Below, one piece after another: positions 41,521-52,704 of a stretch of DNA of 64,000 nucleotides. Below the pieces are notes generated by a model that saw only the letters and a list, made by a program, of their open reading frames with translations, was not told where the DNA came from and searched no databases. The stretch lies in the NCBI GenBank assembly GCA_964106645.2, contig OZ067043.1. One strand, 5' to 3'. Origin of the DNA: Podarcis pityusensis (Eukaryota). Both the position numbers and the translations under genes were made by a program. Position 1 is the first letter of the stretch. Each line of letters begins with the position of its first letter.

Positions 41521-41557
<37 letters not shown>
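41521..41557. repeat. (TAT)n microsatellite
   Basis: Direct inspection. Confidence 0.9.
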
Positions 41558-43065
41558 TCCTGAGGAGGAAGGAAGAAATACAACATAAGAAGTATAGACA
41601 TAAGTTTAGAAGCAGCCAGAAAATTCAGCATCCTGCGAATTTTAGCTGTTGTTGATAAAGAGGTGGGTGGAAAGCAAATTTCTGGAAGTTCTGAAGGCAA
41701 ATATAAGCTTGAACATCCAAGTCCCAAAAACCAGAAGGGAAATAAGCACACGATTTTGAGTTCAGGAGGAAGCGTGACAGCGCCCTGCAAATCTCTTCGG
41801 AAATCAGGGAAATGGTGATATGCAAAAGGTGCAAATCTGATTTACATGCTTGCTACCACAAATTGTGGCAACCTCTGTGCAGATCTCTCTCTTAAAAAAT
41901 AAATAAATGCAAGAGTATGCACAGTCTTGGATATATGGCTGCTACACACGAGTTTTCAGCAGCCCTGTTTCAGGTAAAAGGTGAAGTCTCCACATTATAA
42001 CCAGGAAACAGGCCCAGCATAAAATATGAGGCATGAGTGATAATCCTCTCTGCTGCTTCACAGCCTGGCTCTCACAACCAGAAATGTGTTTAAACCACCA
42101 GCCTAGCAAACAAATTGCCCTCAGGATCCTGCCCAGTGCACACTTGCAAATAAATGTTCGTTTCACTTCAAGGAAGGACACCATAATAATCACACTCTTA
42201 TGCTTGCAGCAAGGAACTAGCCAAAGACCCAAGGTGAAAATGCAGCATAACAAAGGACACTCTTGAGGCCAGAGGAGACGTTGTGCAACCAAAGGGACCC
42301 TGAGGAGCAGCTGGAACAGAGGCCCTTTCTGCTCCGGTGTCCTAAATATAAGGAAGTACATGAATGATACACCCTCAAGCTGTCAGGGATCAGACAAGGG
42401 GGGGAAAGTATGCTCTGTGGGGAGGTGCAGGAATGAAGCGACACAGAAGGCATTATGTGATAGGGAATCTACCCCGTTCCTAAGCTTGAGTGACTTGCCC
42501 CCACTCTAGATAGACACCGGAATGATGGCTCCCTTTTCATACTTGAGCAGTCCTTGTCCTGCCAACAAGCAGCTACTGAATTGGGATGCAGAAAAGTTTT
42601 CTGCTCTGCCATGCCAAAAGCACGGAAGTGCAATTAAGAAACCCTGCAAAATAGCAGGACATCTCACAAAGGGGACACGAGGGAAGCTGTGCCCAGGGAT
42701 GGCACTTTCTCTCAGAGCCACTTTGTCACTTTGTCCACACACTCTTTCTCTCTCAAGTGGACTGACCCACCCTGCCCACGGGACCGAACAAGGAGCTCTC
42801 CCCCCCCCCGCCACACTCACTGCATTTTGGCCTGGGGGAGGAAGCACTCCTGCCAACCATGTCTTGGTTCACTGAATAGCCTTCAGCAGCTGTACGTCAC
42901 AACTATAAGGGGATCAGAAGTCGTGCAAGAAAGTCAATTGTCTTGGAAGAGTCAGCAACGACTTTGGTGGAAGGGAACTTCTGAGACCTGGCGGGAGTAT
43001 ATCACACTTGATACTATGGAAAAAATCCTGGCCTTAGCTCAGCCCAAAGTTTTATTTTAACAGGA

Positions 43066-43293
43066 CAGTGGTACTTCAGGATAAGTACTTAATTCGTTCC
43101 GGAGGTCCGTACTTAACCTGAAACTGTTCTTAACCTGAAGCACCACTTTAGCTAATGGGGCCTCCTGCTGCTGCTGTGCCGCCGGAGCCCAATTTCTGTT
43201 CTCATCCTGAAGCAAAGTTCTTAACCTGAAGCACTGTTTCTGGGTTAGCGGAGTCTGTAACCTGAAGCGTATGTAACCTGAAGTGTACCACTG
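43066..43293 (-). mobile_element. Tc1/mariner (Tigger/pogo-like) MITE
   Basis: Reverse complement of the 57742 element, with CAGTGGTAC TIRs and TA on the right flank. Confidence 0.85.
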
Positions 43294-44693
43294 TAATCAG
43301 ATCTCCACTCTTGCCACTGATGGCTAGCACGACACAATAATGAAGACTGCCCTAGGATTACATGTCTGGCTATTCAAGCGGCTGAACCCAGATGCTAGGA
43401 AACTGAGGACCACCCAAACCACACTGGCAACATCCACATCTCAGTGGTGCAAACAGCTTGATGCTGACCTGCATGAGCACAAGTATGGCTACGTGGGACA
43501 GGGCAACCTGCACTTTTATCTCCTCAAGGATGGATGAGACTGTCTCAGAATGAAGCATTGATCTGGGATGTAAGCTAGTGACTCTTGCACGTCCCAGCCC
43601 ATGAGTGTTGGTACTGTTTTGCTGATGGGCTGAAATGGAGATCTGGCGGAACATTATTCCTCATAATCAGAAATAAAACATTGTTACAGATTCTTTTTTT
43701 TAAATGAGAACTCCAGGGGGTAGCCATGCTAGTTTTGCGGCAGCATAAACAAAAAATAATATCACAGCAAAAAATAATTATACATTCATTCCCTGTTTTC
43801 TACTTTCATCTGCATTCAGGGAGGGTCAACATATATTTCACTTCAGGCATTTGACGAAGTGAGCTCCGACCCACAATAAACATGTAATTCTTTAAGGTGC
43901 CACAAGGGTCTTTGCTGTTTTGATTATTCAGAAGGAGTAATTTTGTAAGTTTCCTCAGTCTCTCTTTGTAACTGAACAGCCTCCATTTCTGAGTGCGAAG
44001 TGAGCTTTGTGCCTTTCAGTCCATCCTCAGGACTGAATCTATTATATAGGCTCTTTGTTTTAGTTGGGCACACTTTATTGTGGCAAGCTAGCAGCACATT
44101 CAACAAAGTCGTCTGCAGCCATCAAACCTGTTGCAATTAACAATATGTAAATTATGTGTGGATTCCCCCCCCCCCACTGTACCATTGGTACATTGTTGCA
44201 TTAACTGATTTCCTACTGCCTGAACACCTTTAACTTTCAGATATGTAATTCTACAAGTCGGCATGTGGCCAAGCTAGAAAGAGAACACAGGATACCTTGA
44301 GGCAAGTTTAGCCTCCCAAAGTTGAGTGAAAAACTAAGTTCTTTTTCGGCATAATGTGCGTGTGCGTGTGTGTGTGTGGCATACACACACAGAGAGAGAA
44401 ATCCTGGTGGCACACCATTGACAAGTGCTGGCAAAAACCTCTCACTGATACTACCCCCAAGCTGATGTAGCTATTAAGTCACTCCTTCAACTCCAAATTC
44501 ACACCATTCTCCACTTTCTATATGATGTCAAAATACTGACCCCACCACAGCATCGGCTGAAGGAAGCACCACCACCCCTGGCACACACGCACACACCCCG
44601 TGGGTGAAAACAAATCCAGAGAAGTCCGAAACACCTGGCCAGAGGGGGCGCGCGATCCCTTTAAAAGCAGCGGAGGGGGCAAGAAAACGGGGG

Positions 44694-44702
44694 GTTACAT
44701 CA
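44694..44702 (-). promoter_or_regulatory. Second CARE-like site TGATGTAAC in proximal intron 1
   Basis: Fits TGATGnAAn, has the same orientation and same GC prefix as the 45251 site, and sits next to an E-box within the CpG island. Confidence 0.45.
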
Positions 44703-45149
44703 GCTGCCACGTGGGAGCAGCTCCGCGCCCCGCCCCCGCACATGCCGGGGTGGAAAATTACAGCGCGCGGATCCCCCGGCCCCCGGGAGCGCCCGGCAAC
44801 TTCACCTCCCCTAGGCCAGAAACCCGCGGCGTCCAGACAGGCCGCGCGCACCCGCTCCCTTCCCGCGTGGCGGTTTCCGTAAAGCTTAGGGGTCCGGGAC
44901 ACCCTTTGACAGCCCGCCTCCGGGGCTGCCCGCTACAGGTCTTGCCTCGAGGCAGCTCCGGTGACAGCGGCGGATGGAACACACTGGAAGCCGCGCCGCC
45001 TCCGGACCTTCGCCGGCGCTTCCTCGGCGGCACCACGCTTTCCTACCACGCTTTCCCCGCCCCTTCGTTTCTCTTTTTCTCTCGCGCACACCGGCGCGCG
45101 TGTCTCCCAACCCAACCCCGGGATCCTTTTCTCTCTGCCCGCGCCTTAC

Positions 45150-45470
45150 CCTCTCCATGCCGCTCCCGCCTCCTCCTGCCGCTCCCCGCCGGTGCCTCGC
45201 CCGGGCTTTTCAGGCGCGCTGTCAAGGTGGAGGATCCTCTTATAGCGAAAATTGCATCAGCCCGAACCGTACTCCTTCAGCCTCGCCTCGCCGCCGCGCA
45301 CCCTGCGAGCTCGCCTGCTGCGCGTCCCGGGAGCAGCGTGTCCGCGCGTGGCAGCCGACAGTCCCTCTTCTGCCGCGGGCTCGGGGGGGACACCGACTTT
45401 AATGAAAGTTCTGGGAGAGGATTCCGAGGGGGCGGCAGCGGCAGCAGCAGCAACGGCGGCGGGCACGTCC
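45150..45470 (-). other. SLC6A9: SLC6A9 non-coding exon 1 (5' boundary/TSS uncertain)
   Basis: Donor GAGG|GTAAGG at 45149 inside the CpG island, downstream of GC boxes and a CCAAT box. Contains TGATGCAAT. Mammalian GlyT1a also has a non-coding first exon before the ATG exon. Confidence 0.65.
45251..45259 (-). promoter_or_regulatory. C/EBP-ATF response element (CARE/AARE), TGATGCAAT, ATF4 site
   Basis: Perfect match to the CHOP/SNAT2-type amino-acid response element, in the promoter island of a gene known to be ATF4-induced in mammals. Confidence 0.75.
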
Positions 45471-48400
45471 CGCCTTCCCTGGCCGGCTCCGCCCCGCCCG
45501 ATCCCGCCCCGCTCGCTGATTGGGGCGATTTGTTTCCCCGACCCGCTCCCGCCCTGCCGCGCCGTGGGGCTCCGGGGAGGGGGCTGCGCAGAGCCCTGGT
45601 GGCGGCGGAGAGAGGCGGCTCCGCGGGACCCCAGAGGCGGCCCCCTTCCTCGCGCTCACAGTGTCAATAAATATCGTCGCCACCCACATGACAGGGAAAA
45701 CATATACCTCGAAGGCATGCTCCGGCTTGGAGGCGCGCAGGCGCGCGCGCCCGGGCCGCAGGGGGCGCGGACGCACAAAAGAAGCGCGCGGAGCAAAACA
45801 GATGGCTGTGGCCACGCGCGTACTCCGAAGGGGCACCGGCGCAACGCGCTCTCTCTCTCTCTCTCAGACAGACACACACCGACGCAGAAAGCCAGCTGGG
45901 GGCACGTACATTTTCTCGTGGAAACATGTGCGATTCCCTTGGCACATAGATGCGCAACCAGGAAGACATCCGCGCAAGCGCCCCTCCCTCTTAGGGCTCC
46001 CGCTCGCAGACCCGAGAAGCTCCCACGCGCCGAGGAGCACCTTGGACAGGCACGTCCCAGAGAAGACGCGCGCGCCCCCGAGGTGCTTTCGGTGGACCCC
46101 TCACAGCGGCTGTAGGTGCCTCAGGTCCTCATTCCAATCAAGCATCGGACGAAGCCGACAATAAACCTGTTAAGGCTTCAGGTTGCCCTCTAGGAAAGCC
46201 TCGTTGCCTTGGGCCCCTTCTTACCTGACAATCCCAGCGATGGTTCCCCAGCCTCGGGGGGGCCGTGCCTTAGAAGCACCGTGTCTTCCCTGCCCTGCCC
46301 TGTCATCTCGGGCCCGCTCTCCCCAGAGTGCTCGATCTTCTTCTCCAGCCCAAGACCGAAGGCGCCCGGCTTGTTGCGTCTTGCAAGCAAAGGGATCGCA
46401 TTGCTCAGCCTTGGTCAGACAAACGCGGGGTTCCCTTCTACGTACGAACTGTCCCAGGTGCTGTTAAGAGCCCACTTGAGGAGGGATGGAGCAACCCCCC
46501 CCCCGCCCTAGCCCCAGAGTCTGAAACGCCCCCCCCCCCGGTTAAATTGGTCCACAGATTTTGCTCGAGATTTGCGTGTTGCTACGTGGCAGCGATTCTT
46601 TGCTGCGCCAGGGAAGCGAGGGATTTTGCGCGCTGCCGCCCCCTGCCGGCCCACCCTGGGGTCTGCGGGTGGGGGCTTGGGGCAGGGAGCAAAACTGCCT
46701 CCATCCCGGGACGAAGATCGCAGCTTTGAGCCAAAGAGTCTGCTAATCGATCCAAACCAAACAAAAAAAAGTTCCCAGGGTCGACTTCCCTCTGACTCTC
46801 GGCGCCCACCTGCCAGCAACAATCGCCCTCTTAAGCCGCAGTAAGGTGCAACTGGCTGTGACAGTGTCCCCCAGAAGACAAGTAGGAAGTGTTTCGTGAC
46901 GCTTCCCCGCCCGCCCCCCTCACCGCAAATGCAGATGCCATCATTGTACTGAAGTGGCATTTCTTTTATAGGACAGGCGCCACAAGTGCCAGTGAATAAT
47001 GCAACGGATTCCAGCAATCCTCCCTGTGACAGGTCGCTGGTGCTGCTCCACCTCGCGTCACGGGGGGGGGGGGACCTGTTGACCAAGAGAGCGCCTGCTA
47101 CTGACCTCTGCCTCTTCCCTCCCCCACCACTGTCAGCATATCTCTTCCTTACATCAAGAGCACATTGGGAGAGGAGGAACACTACTTTCTGTCCGTCTGT
47201 TTTATCATGCAGAATCTGTTTGAAGGCTCAGCTGTACAATTGTACCAGGGATGGACTTCAGAGGGAGACTCCAAAGAAGCCAACTCCTGCTTAGCCATTG
47301 GCTGTTTTGAGTTCATTGCTGCGTGTGCCTCTTGCACCTTATGCAGAGTATCTTCTACTTTACACCTCTGCTCACAAGGCTTAGTACAGGCTAGAACCCC
47401 AGCTTAAGTGTGTTGGGGAATTAGGAAAATCCACCTTTTTGCCACTTTTTAATCACACAGTTGTCAGCGCAGCAGAAGTATTACACAATATTGAAAGATA
47501 CCTAATCTCTGTTTAGACAGATAACATGCTTTCTAAGGGACATGTTCCAACACCCAGGTATGGCAGCAAGCAGTGCTTTTTTTGGTATTAAAAAAATGAG
47601 GTGCCAGCACTCATACATTGAGACAAGCAAGACTGACCCGCCCATTAGCCTTGGTCAGAAAGCAGGCTGGGGACAGCTGGGAGGGGCAGCAGATCCAAAC
47701 CTCTGAGGATTGCACCTCCTGTGCTTGTTTCCCATGCGCAGCCTGGGAAGACGCAGGGCTGCTGCCACCTCCTCCTTTCTGGCCTCTTTTTCCTTCTCCT
47801 CCACCTTTGGTTTTCCAGGGCTTACCTGGGCCTCCTTCAGTTGCCTCAGGTTGAGGTGGGACATGGCAGCAGACGGCTGGCGGAGGAGGAGGAAGAGGAG
47901 CCTGCTGTGGCAGAGGTACCATTTTCTGTTCTGCCTCAAGCGGCAAAATGTCTTGGGCCACCCCTGGATACAAGTGCTGTGGGTGCCAGCACAAAATGGC
48001 TGCCAAGAAAGAGTAGTGTCGGGCTGCGAGGGGGGGGAGAGGGAGCCCTGGCACTGCTGGCAGTCAGTTTGTGCATGTGAGAACATACGTGTTGAGGTTT
48101 GAAAACTCTCTCTGTGTTTGTTGACCCAGGTAATGGGACTGCTGAGCAGGCAAAGGGCCTTTAACTCTGCCCTTCTGGGCAAGAAGCATGAAAGTAAAAG
48201 TTATGACTGAGCTTGTGGTTTCTGAATAAATGGATAAGCATGCACAAGCTGCATGCAGAAACTTGTACCGGCTGCTTATTCACATATCTCCCATCTCTGA
48301 GATAAATAAAAGAGTAGGGCTTGCACACAAGCAGGCTTTTTACCCGTTATCTAAGAGGAAATTAAGGAAGAGGGGGCAGCATACATTTCAGTTTATCATG

Positions 48401-48612
48401 GAAACCACCAGAAATCCCTCCCTCCCTCATAAGCAGGTATTTGGGGTGATGAACTTTTCCCAATCACCTTTTTTCAGTGCAACTGATCTTTATCTCTCCC
48501 TTTTTTTCCTGAAGATGGTATTTGCAGAAAGTGAAAGCACTTTAGTGGGTATGGGTTTAGTGGGTATGGGGGTGTGGGTCCTTTGGCCTCCAGACCTGAC
48601 GGTGGTAGGGAG

Positions 48613-48730
48613 CACTGGCATAGCCAGGGGGGCAGGGAGGGTCAACTGCCCCCCAATCAATAAACTTCAATCAAAATACACAGCAAACTGAGGTTCTGCC
48701 CCCCCAACAAAAATCCTGGCTATGCCCATG
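48613..48730. mobile_element. Short hAT-type MITE
   Basis: TIRs CACTGGCATAGCCAGG / CATGGGCATAGCCAGG and a perfect 8-bp TSD GTAGGGAG. Related to 59727-59852. Confidence 0.82.
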
Positions 48731-49307
48731 GTAGGGAGCCTTCACACATGAGTGGCCCCCACTGTTTCCATTGCTCAGCATCAAGCCCACATTCCTGATC
48801 AGCTCCCACATCAGTGCCTATTTCATAATACCTTCCCCTGCATTCTTAGAACAGAACGTTACAATCCACTGCTTCTTGAATATGATCTACTGCTTTCCTT
48901 TGGGATAGCAGTAGATCATATTTAAAAAGTTTGTTAACCTCACATGTTGGCAGATTTCTACCTCTTCCCAAAGGATCCCAAAGAGTTGCTTACAGCTTGC
49001 ACACCTCACACTGCAGCACAAATAATGGAGCCCCGTGGCTCCTGAACAACTAATAGGATATATAATGACTGTTTGTATGAGTGCGGAAGATTAGATCTTT
49101 ATCTCAGGAAACTGTTGAAGCAGGTGCTTGGTACATATTAGCAGGATTGGCAATCAGAAGCATTTGGCAAAGAAATAGGAACAAACATTGCAGCGCTTCA
49201 GGTTATGCCATACACTTGAAGTTCTTTAGAAGGCAAGATTAAAGGCTCAGGGTATCTCCACATGATGACCAACAAGGGATCTGTGTGATCATTTAACTAA
49301 GCACACT

Positions 49308-49687
49308 AGGTAAATATAAAGGACCCCTGGACAGTTATGTCCAGTCAAAGGTGACTATGGGGTGTGGCACTCATCTTGCTTTCAGGCAAGGCTTTTGTCT
49401 GCAGCCTTTTGTCTGCAGACAGCTTTCCGGGTCATGTGGCCAGCATGACTAAACCACTTCTGGCACAAAGGAACACTGTGACAAAAGCCAGAGCGCACAG
49501 AAACGTTTACCTTCCTGCCGCACCAGTACCTATTTACCTACTTGCACTGGTGTGCTTTCAAATTGCTAAGTTGGCAGAAGCTGGGACAGAGCAACGGGAG
49601 CTCACCCCATCACATTTGAGCTGCCGACCTTCTGATTGGCAGGCCCAAGAGGCTCAGTGGTTTAGACCATAGTGTCACCTATATCCC
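49308..49687 (-). mobile_element. Sauria SINE (older copy)
   Basis: GGTCATGTGGCCAGCATGACTAA core and GTTTACCTTCC, collinear with 50835-51151. Confidence 0.85.
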
Positions 49688-49694
49688 TTTACCT

Positions 49695-49953
49695 CAGGGG
49701 TCAGCAGCCTTTTTCAGCCATGAGCTAGTCCACCATCCCTCAGACCATGTGGTGTGCCAGACTATATTTTTTTTGGGGGGGGGGGGAATGAATGAATTCC
49801 TATGCCCCACAAATAACCCAGAGATGCATTTTAAATAAAAGGACACATTCTACTCATGTAAAAGCATGACCTGGACTGTCTGTGGGCTGGATTGAGAAGG
49901 CGATTGGGCTGCATCCGGCCCCTGGGCTTTACCTGCTTACCTGCCTACCCCTG
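49695..49953. mobile_element. hAT MITE, 259 bp
   Basis: CAGGGGT...ACCCCTG termini and a perfect 8-bp TSD CTTTACCT (49687-49694, 49954-49961). Confidence 0.85.
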
Positions 49954-50834
49954 CTTTACCTATTTACCCTTTACCTTTACCTGTGCACTCTATGCTAACT
50001 TGAAATATCCTGTCCTCATATGTTATTTTTTATGGTGGGGCTGGGGGAGTGGAATTAACCATTCTGCTGTGAATGTCCTTCTTAGTTTCTTTTTTTTTAA
50101 AATAATAACATACATAGCTGAAGGGGAGGGAGCAGTAAAAACAAAAATTTAAGAGTGAGAAGAAGAAAAACTTTTCACAAGGCAGCAGGGCATTCCTGCA
50201 GGGAGGAGACATGCGTGAATGGGCATCAGTGATGTCCAGAAGGCCAGCTAATAGATGTATATGTCAGTAGCATAACCGTAACATATCCATGACATTCCAA
50301 ACAGATGCAAAAGTGCTAGTAGTAGATGGGGCTGGAATAGCATTTTTTTCTAATGGAGGAAAAAATGCAGCTTGTTGCCTAAAATGTGTGCTTTCCTTTA
50401 AAGGACATGACATTTCAGGAGGGAGATTCCGTTTCCCCCAATTTCCCTGCAGTGAGTACACAAACTGGAGGAAAGACTTGGGATCCAGTTCATCAGTCGC
50501 AATCTGCATTTGTACTGCTCAGTAGAACAGAATTGTTCAGAATGGTCCTCATCTGAACTACTTTGTTCAAGCTGAATGACACTGCTCCTTGCAAGGTATG
50601 AGCAACATTTGTGAAGGGAGATGGAGAAGTCTGGAACTGTTTCCTCTGGAAATGAAAAGAGCAGGATGAGGAGATTAAGAGAAGGAAAGGTGGAGGGTGT
50701 GTGTGTGTGGAGAAAACCTTGCACTGTTTTTTTGGGTGTCCATTCTCCTCCCCACCTCACATAAGGCAGGAACAGAACTACTGTATATAGAATATCACCA
50801 ACATACTTTCACCACCAAAATAAACCACCAATAG

Positions 50835-51151
50835 TAAAAGGTAAAGGGACCCCTGACCATTAGGTCCAGTCGTGACCGACTCTGGGGTTGCGGCGCTCAT
50901 CTCGCTTTATTGGCCGAGGGAGCCGGCGTACAGCTTCCGGGTCATGTGGCCAGCATGACTAAGCCGCTTCTGGCAAACCAGAGCAGCACATGAAAACGCC
51001 GTTTACCTTCCCGCCGGAGCGGTACCTATTTATTTACTTGCACTTTGACATGCTTTCGAACTGCTAGGTTGGCAGGAGCAGGGACCGAGCAACGGGAGCT
51101 CACCCCAAGTCCTAGGCTCTGTGGTTTAACCCACAGCACTACCCGCGTCCC
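50835..51151 (-). mobile_element. Sauria SINE (young, CpG-rich copy)
   Basis: 5' GGGACGCGGGTAGTGCTGTGGGTTAAACC and 3' CCCTTTACCTTT tail. TSD-like AAACCACCA(A/G)TAG at 50822-50834 and 51155-51167. Confidence 0.92.
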
Positions 51152-51231
51152 ATCAAACCACCAGTAGACTAGTGCAATAGTGCATCCAGTGATTTCCTTG
51201 TCAGAAATGCTTGAGATGGCTCCAAGTCTAG

Positions 51232-51234
<3 letters not shown>

Positions 51235-51310
<76 letters not shown>

Positions 51311-51312
51311 AC
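51235..51312. repeat. Compound (TC)n(AC)n microsatellite
   Basis: Direct inspection. Confidence 0.92.
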
Positions 51313-52349
51313 CCCTACCTGTTAAGGGATTTCTAACACAGAGCAAAAAATGCATTCCAAAATTATCCACCACATTTGCAGGTGGGAAAATGGAAGGAGG
51401 ATTCACTGAATATTCTACAGGGGGGCGAATTCTCCAACAGTTGAGGGGGAGAGGGACCCAAAAAATAAAATTGACAACATTTCGCAGAAAATGCTATTTC
51501 AAGAACTTTTGTCTCAGGTAATACTGAATGGAACTACTGTTAGTCCATGTGGTTGGAAGAAACAATAGGATAAGAGAGAAGGTTTGGAAGGAATATAGTC
51601 CACACCCGTTGCTTCCATCAACAATATTACAATTATATTAAAACTGCATGCAAAACATTTCACCTTATTTGTGAATGCTGGAATTGGAGGAGGGGATTTC
51701 ACTGAATATTCTCCAGGGTCCTGCTGTGATTTCTCCAAAAATATAATTCTCAGTAAGTTTACCTGTAAATTCTTTCCTGACATTCTATGTTCCAGTTCTA
51801 AAACTTCCACACATCTCATGAAATAGGACCTTGTCACTAAAAGCATATGCCAAAATAAAGTTGCTAAGCATTTACAGTGCCACAGAACTGTTGCTTTTGT
51901 TCCTTAATACAGTGCTAGGAAGATAAGGCAAAATACATATAGCCAGACAGTAAAAATAATTCTTGTAGCATCACCTAAGTAGACCAGGTGAGCAGAGCAG
52001 GTGCATTGAGCTTCATAGGACTTAGCAGGGTGACCAGAGGAGTGTTAATTGCCATCAGTTAAATACTGCTGTGGGAGATTGGGGACTGTTTCTCACTTAT
52101 GGTTGCAGACGAGTTTCTTGGGTATCTATTGCATGCCTTGTGATGAATGCTGCACTGTTTGAAAGGATACATATTTGTATACACACATCCCTCCTTCAGA
52201 TGCTTTTGTATTCACCACTGGACATGCAGTACACAGTCAGTCAGACAGGCAGCTGGACAAATGCCTGAATGACAGCAGGGTCAAGGACAGTTTAGGGTAC
52301 TGTTAAAGGGCATCATGTTATCCCTAATTTGTTTTTTGTTTCAACCATT

Positions 52350-52352
<3 letters not shown>

Positions 52353-52382
<30 letters not shown>
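52353..52382. repeat. (AC)n microsatellite
   Basis: Direct inspection. Confidence 0.9.
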
Positions 52383-52386
<4 letters not shown>

Positions 52387-52661
52387 CAGTAGCAGTGCTA
52401 GCAGGGGAAAGAGTTCTTTTAAGACACTGTCGTCACTATCCCTACTTTCCAAAATGCTGATCGACAGGGACAAGATGTGGTGTTTAAGGAACAGCAATCG
52501 TGGGTCACTTGTAAAGTACTAGATGATGCATATTGATATGGCTGGGCTTTACTTATTATTTGACAGGTCTTGCTATACAAATGAGGTTGACCTTTACATC
52601 TTTGCTCCTGGTGAAATTTGTTTAATTTTCTTTGCAGCACACTCCCAAATTAAGGTTAAGC

Positions 52662-52673
52662 TGTTGTTGTTGT

Positions 52674-52703
<30 letters not shown>
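52662..52703. repeat. Compound (TGT)n(GAT)n microsatellite
   Basis: Direct inspection. Confidence 0.9.

Positions 52704-52704
<1 letters not shown>

Larger units (their letters stand above)
44560..47080. promoter_or_regulatory. CpG island / SLC6A9 promoter region
   Basis: Sharp rise in GC and CpG density against the CpG-depleted background. GC boxes (CCGCCC) at ~45489-45510, CCAAT on minus at 45519-45523, NRF1-like GCGCAGGCGC at 45735-45744, E-box CACGTG at 44708-44713. Confidence 0.9.

Noticed and set aside
44600-46164. Long ORFs (356, 287 and 214 aa) on the plus strand
   Set aside because: Arg/Pro/Ala/Gly-rich products of stop-poor CpG-island sequence, open in several frames and with no recognisable domain.
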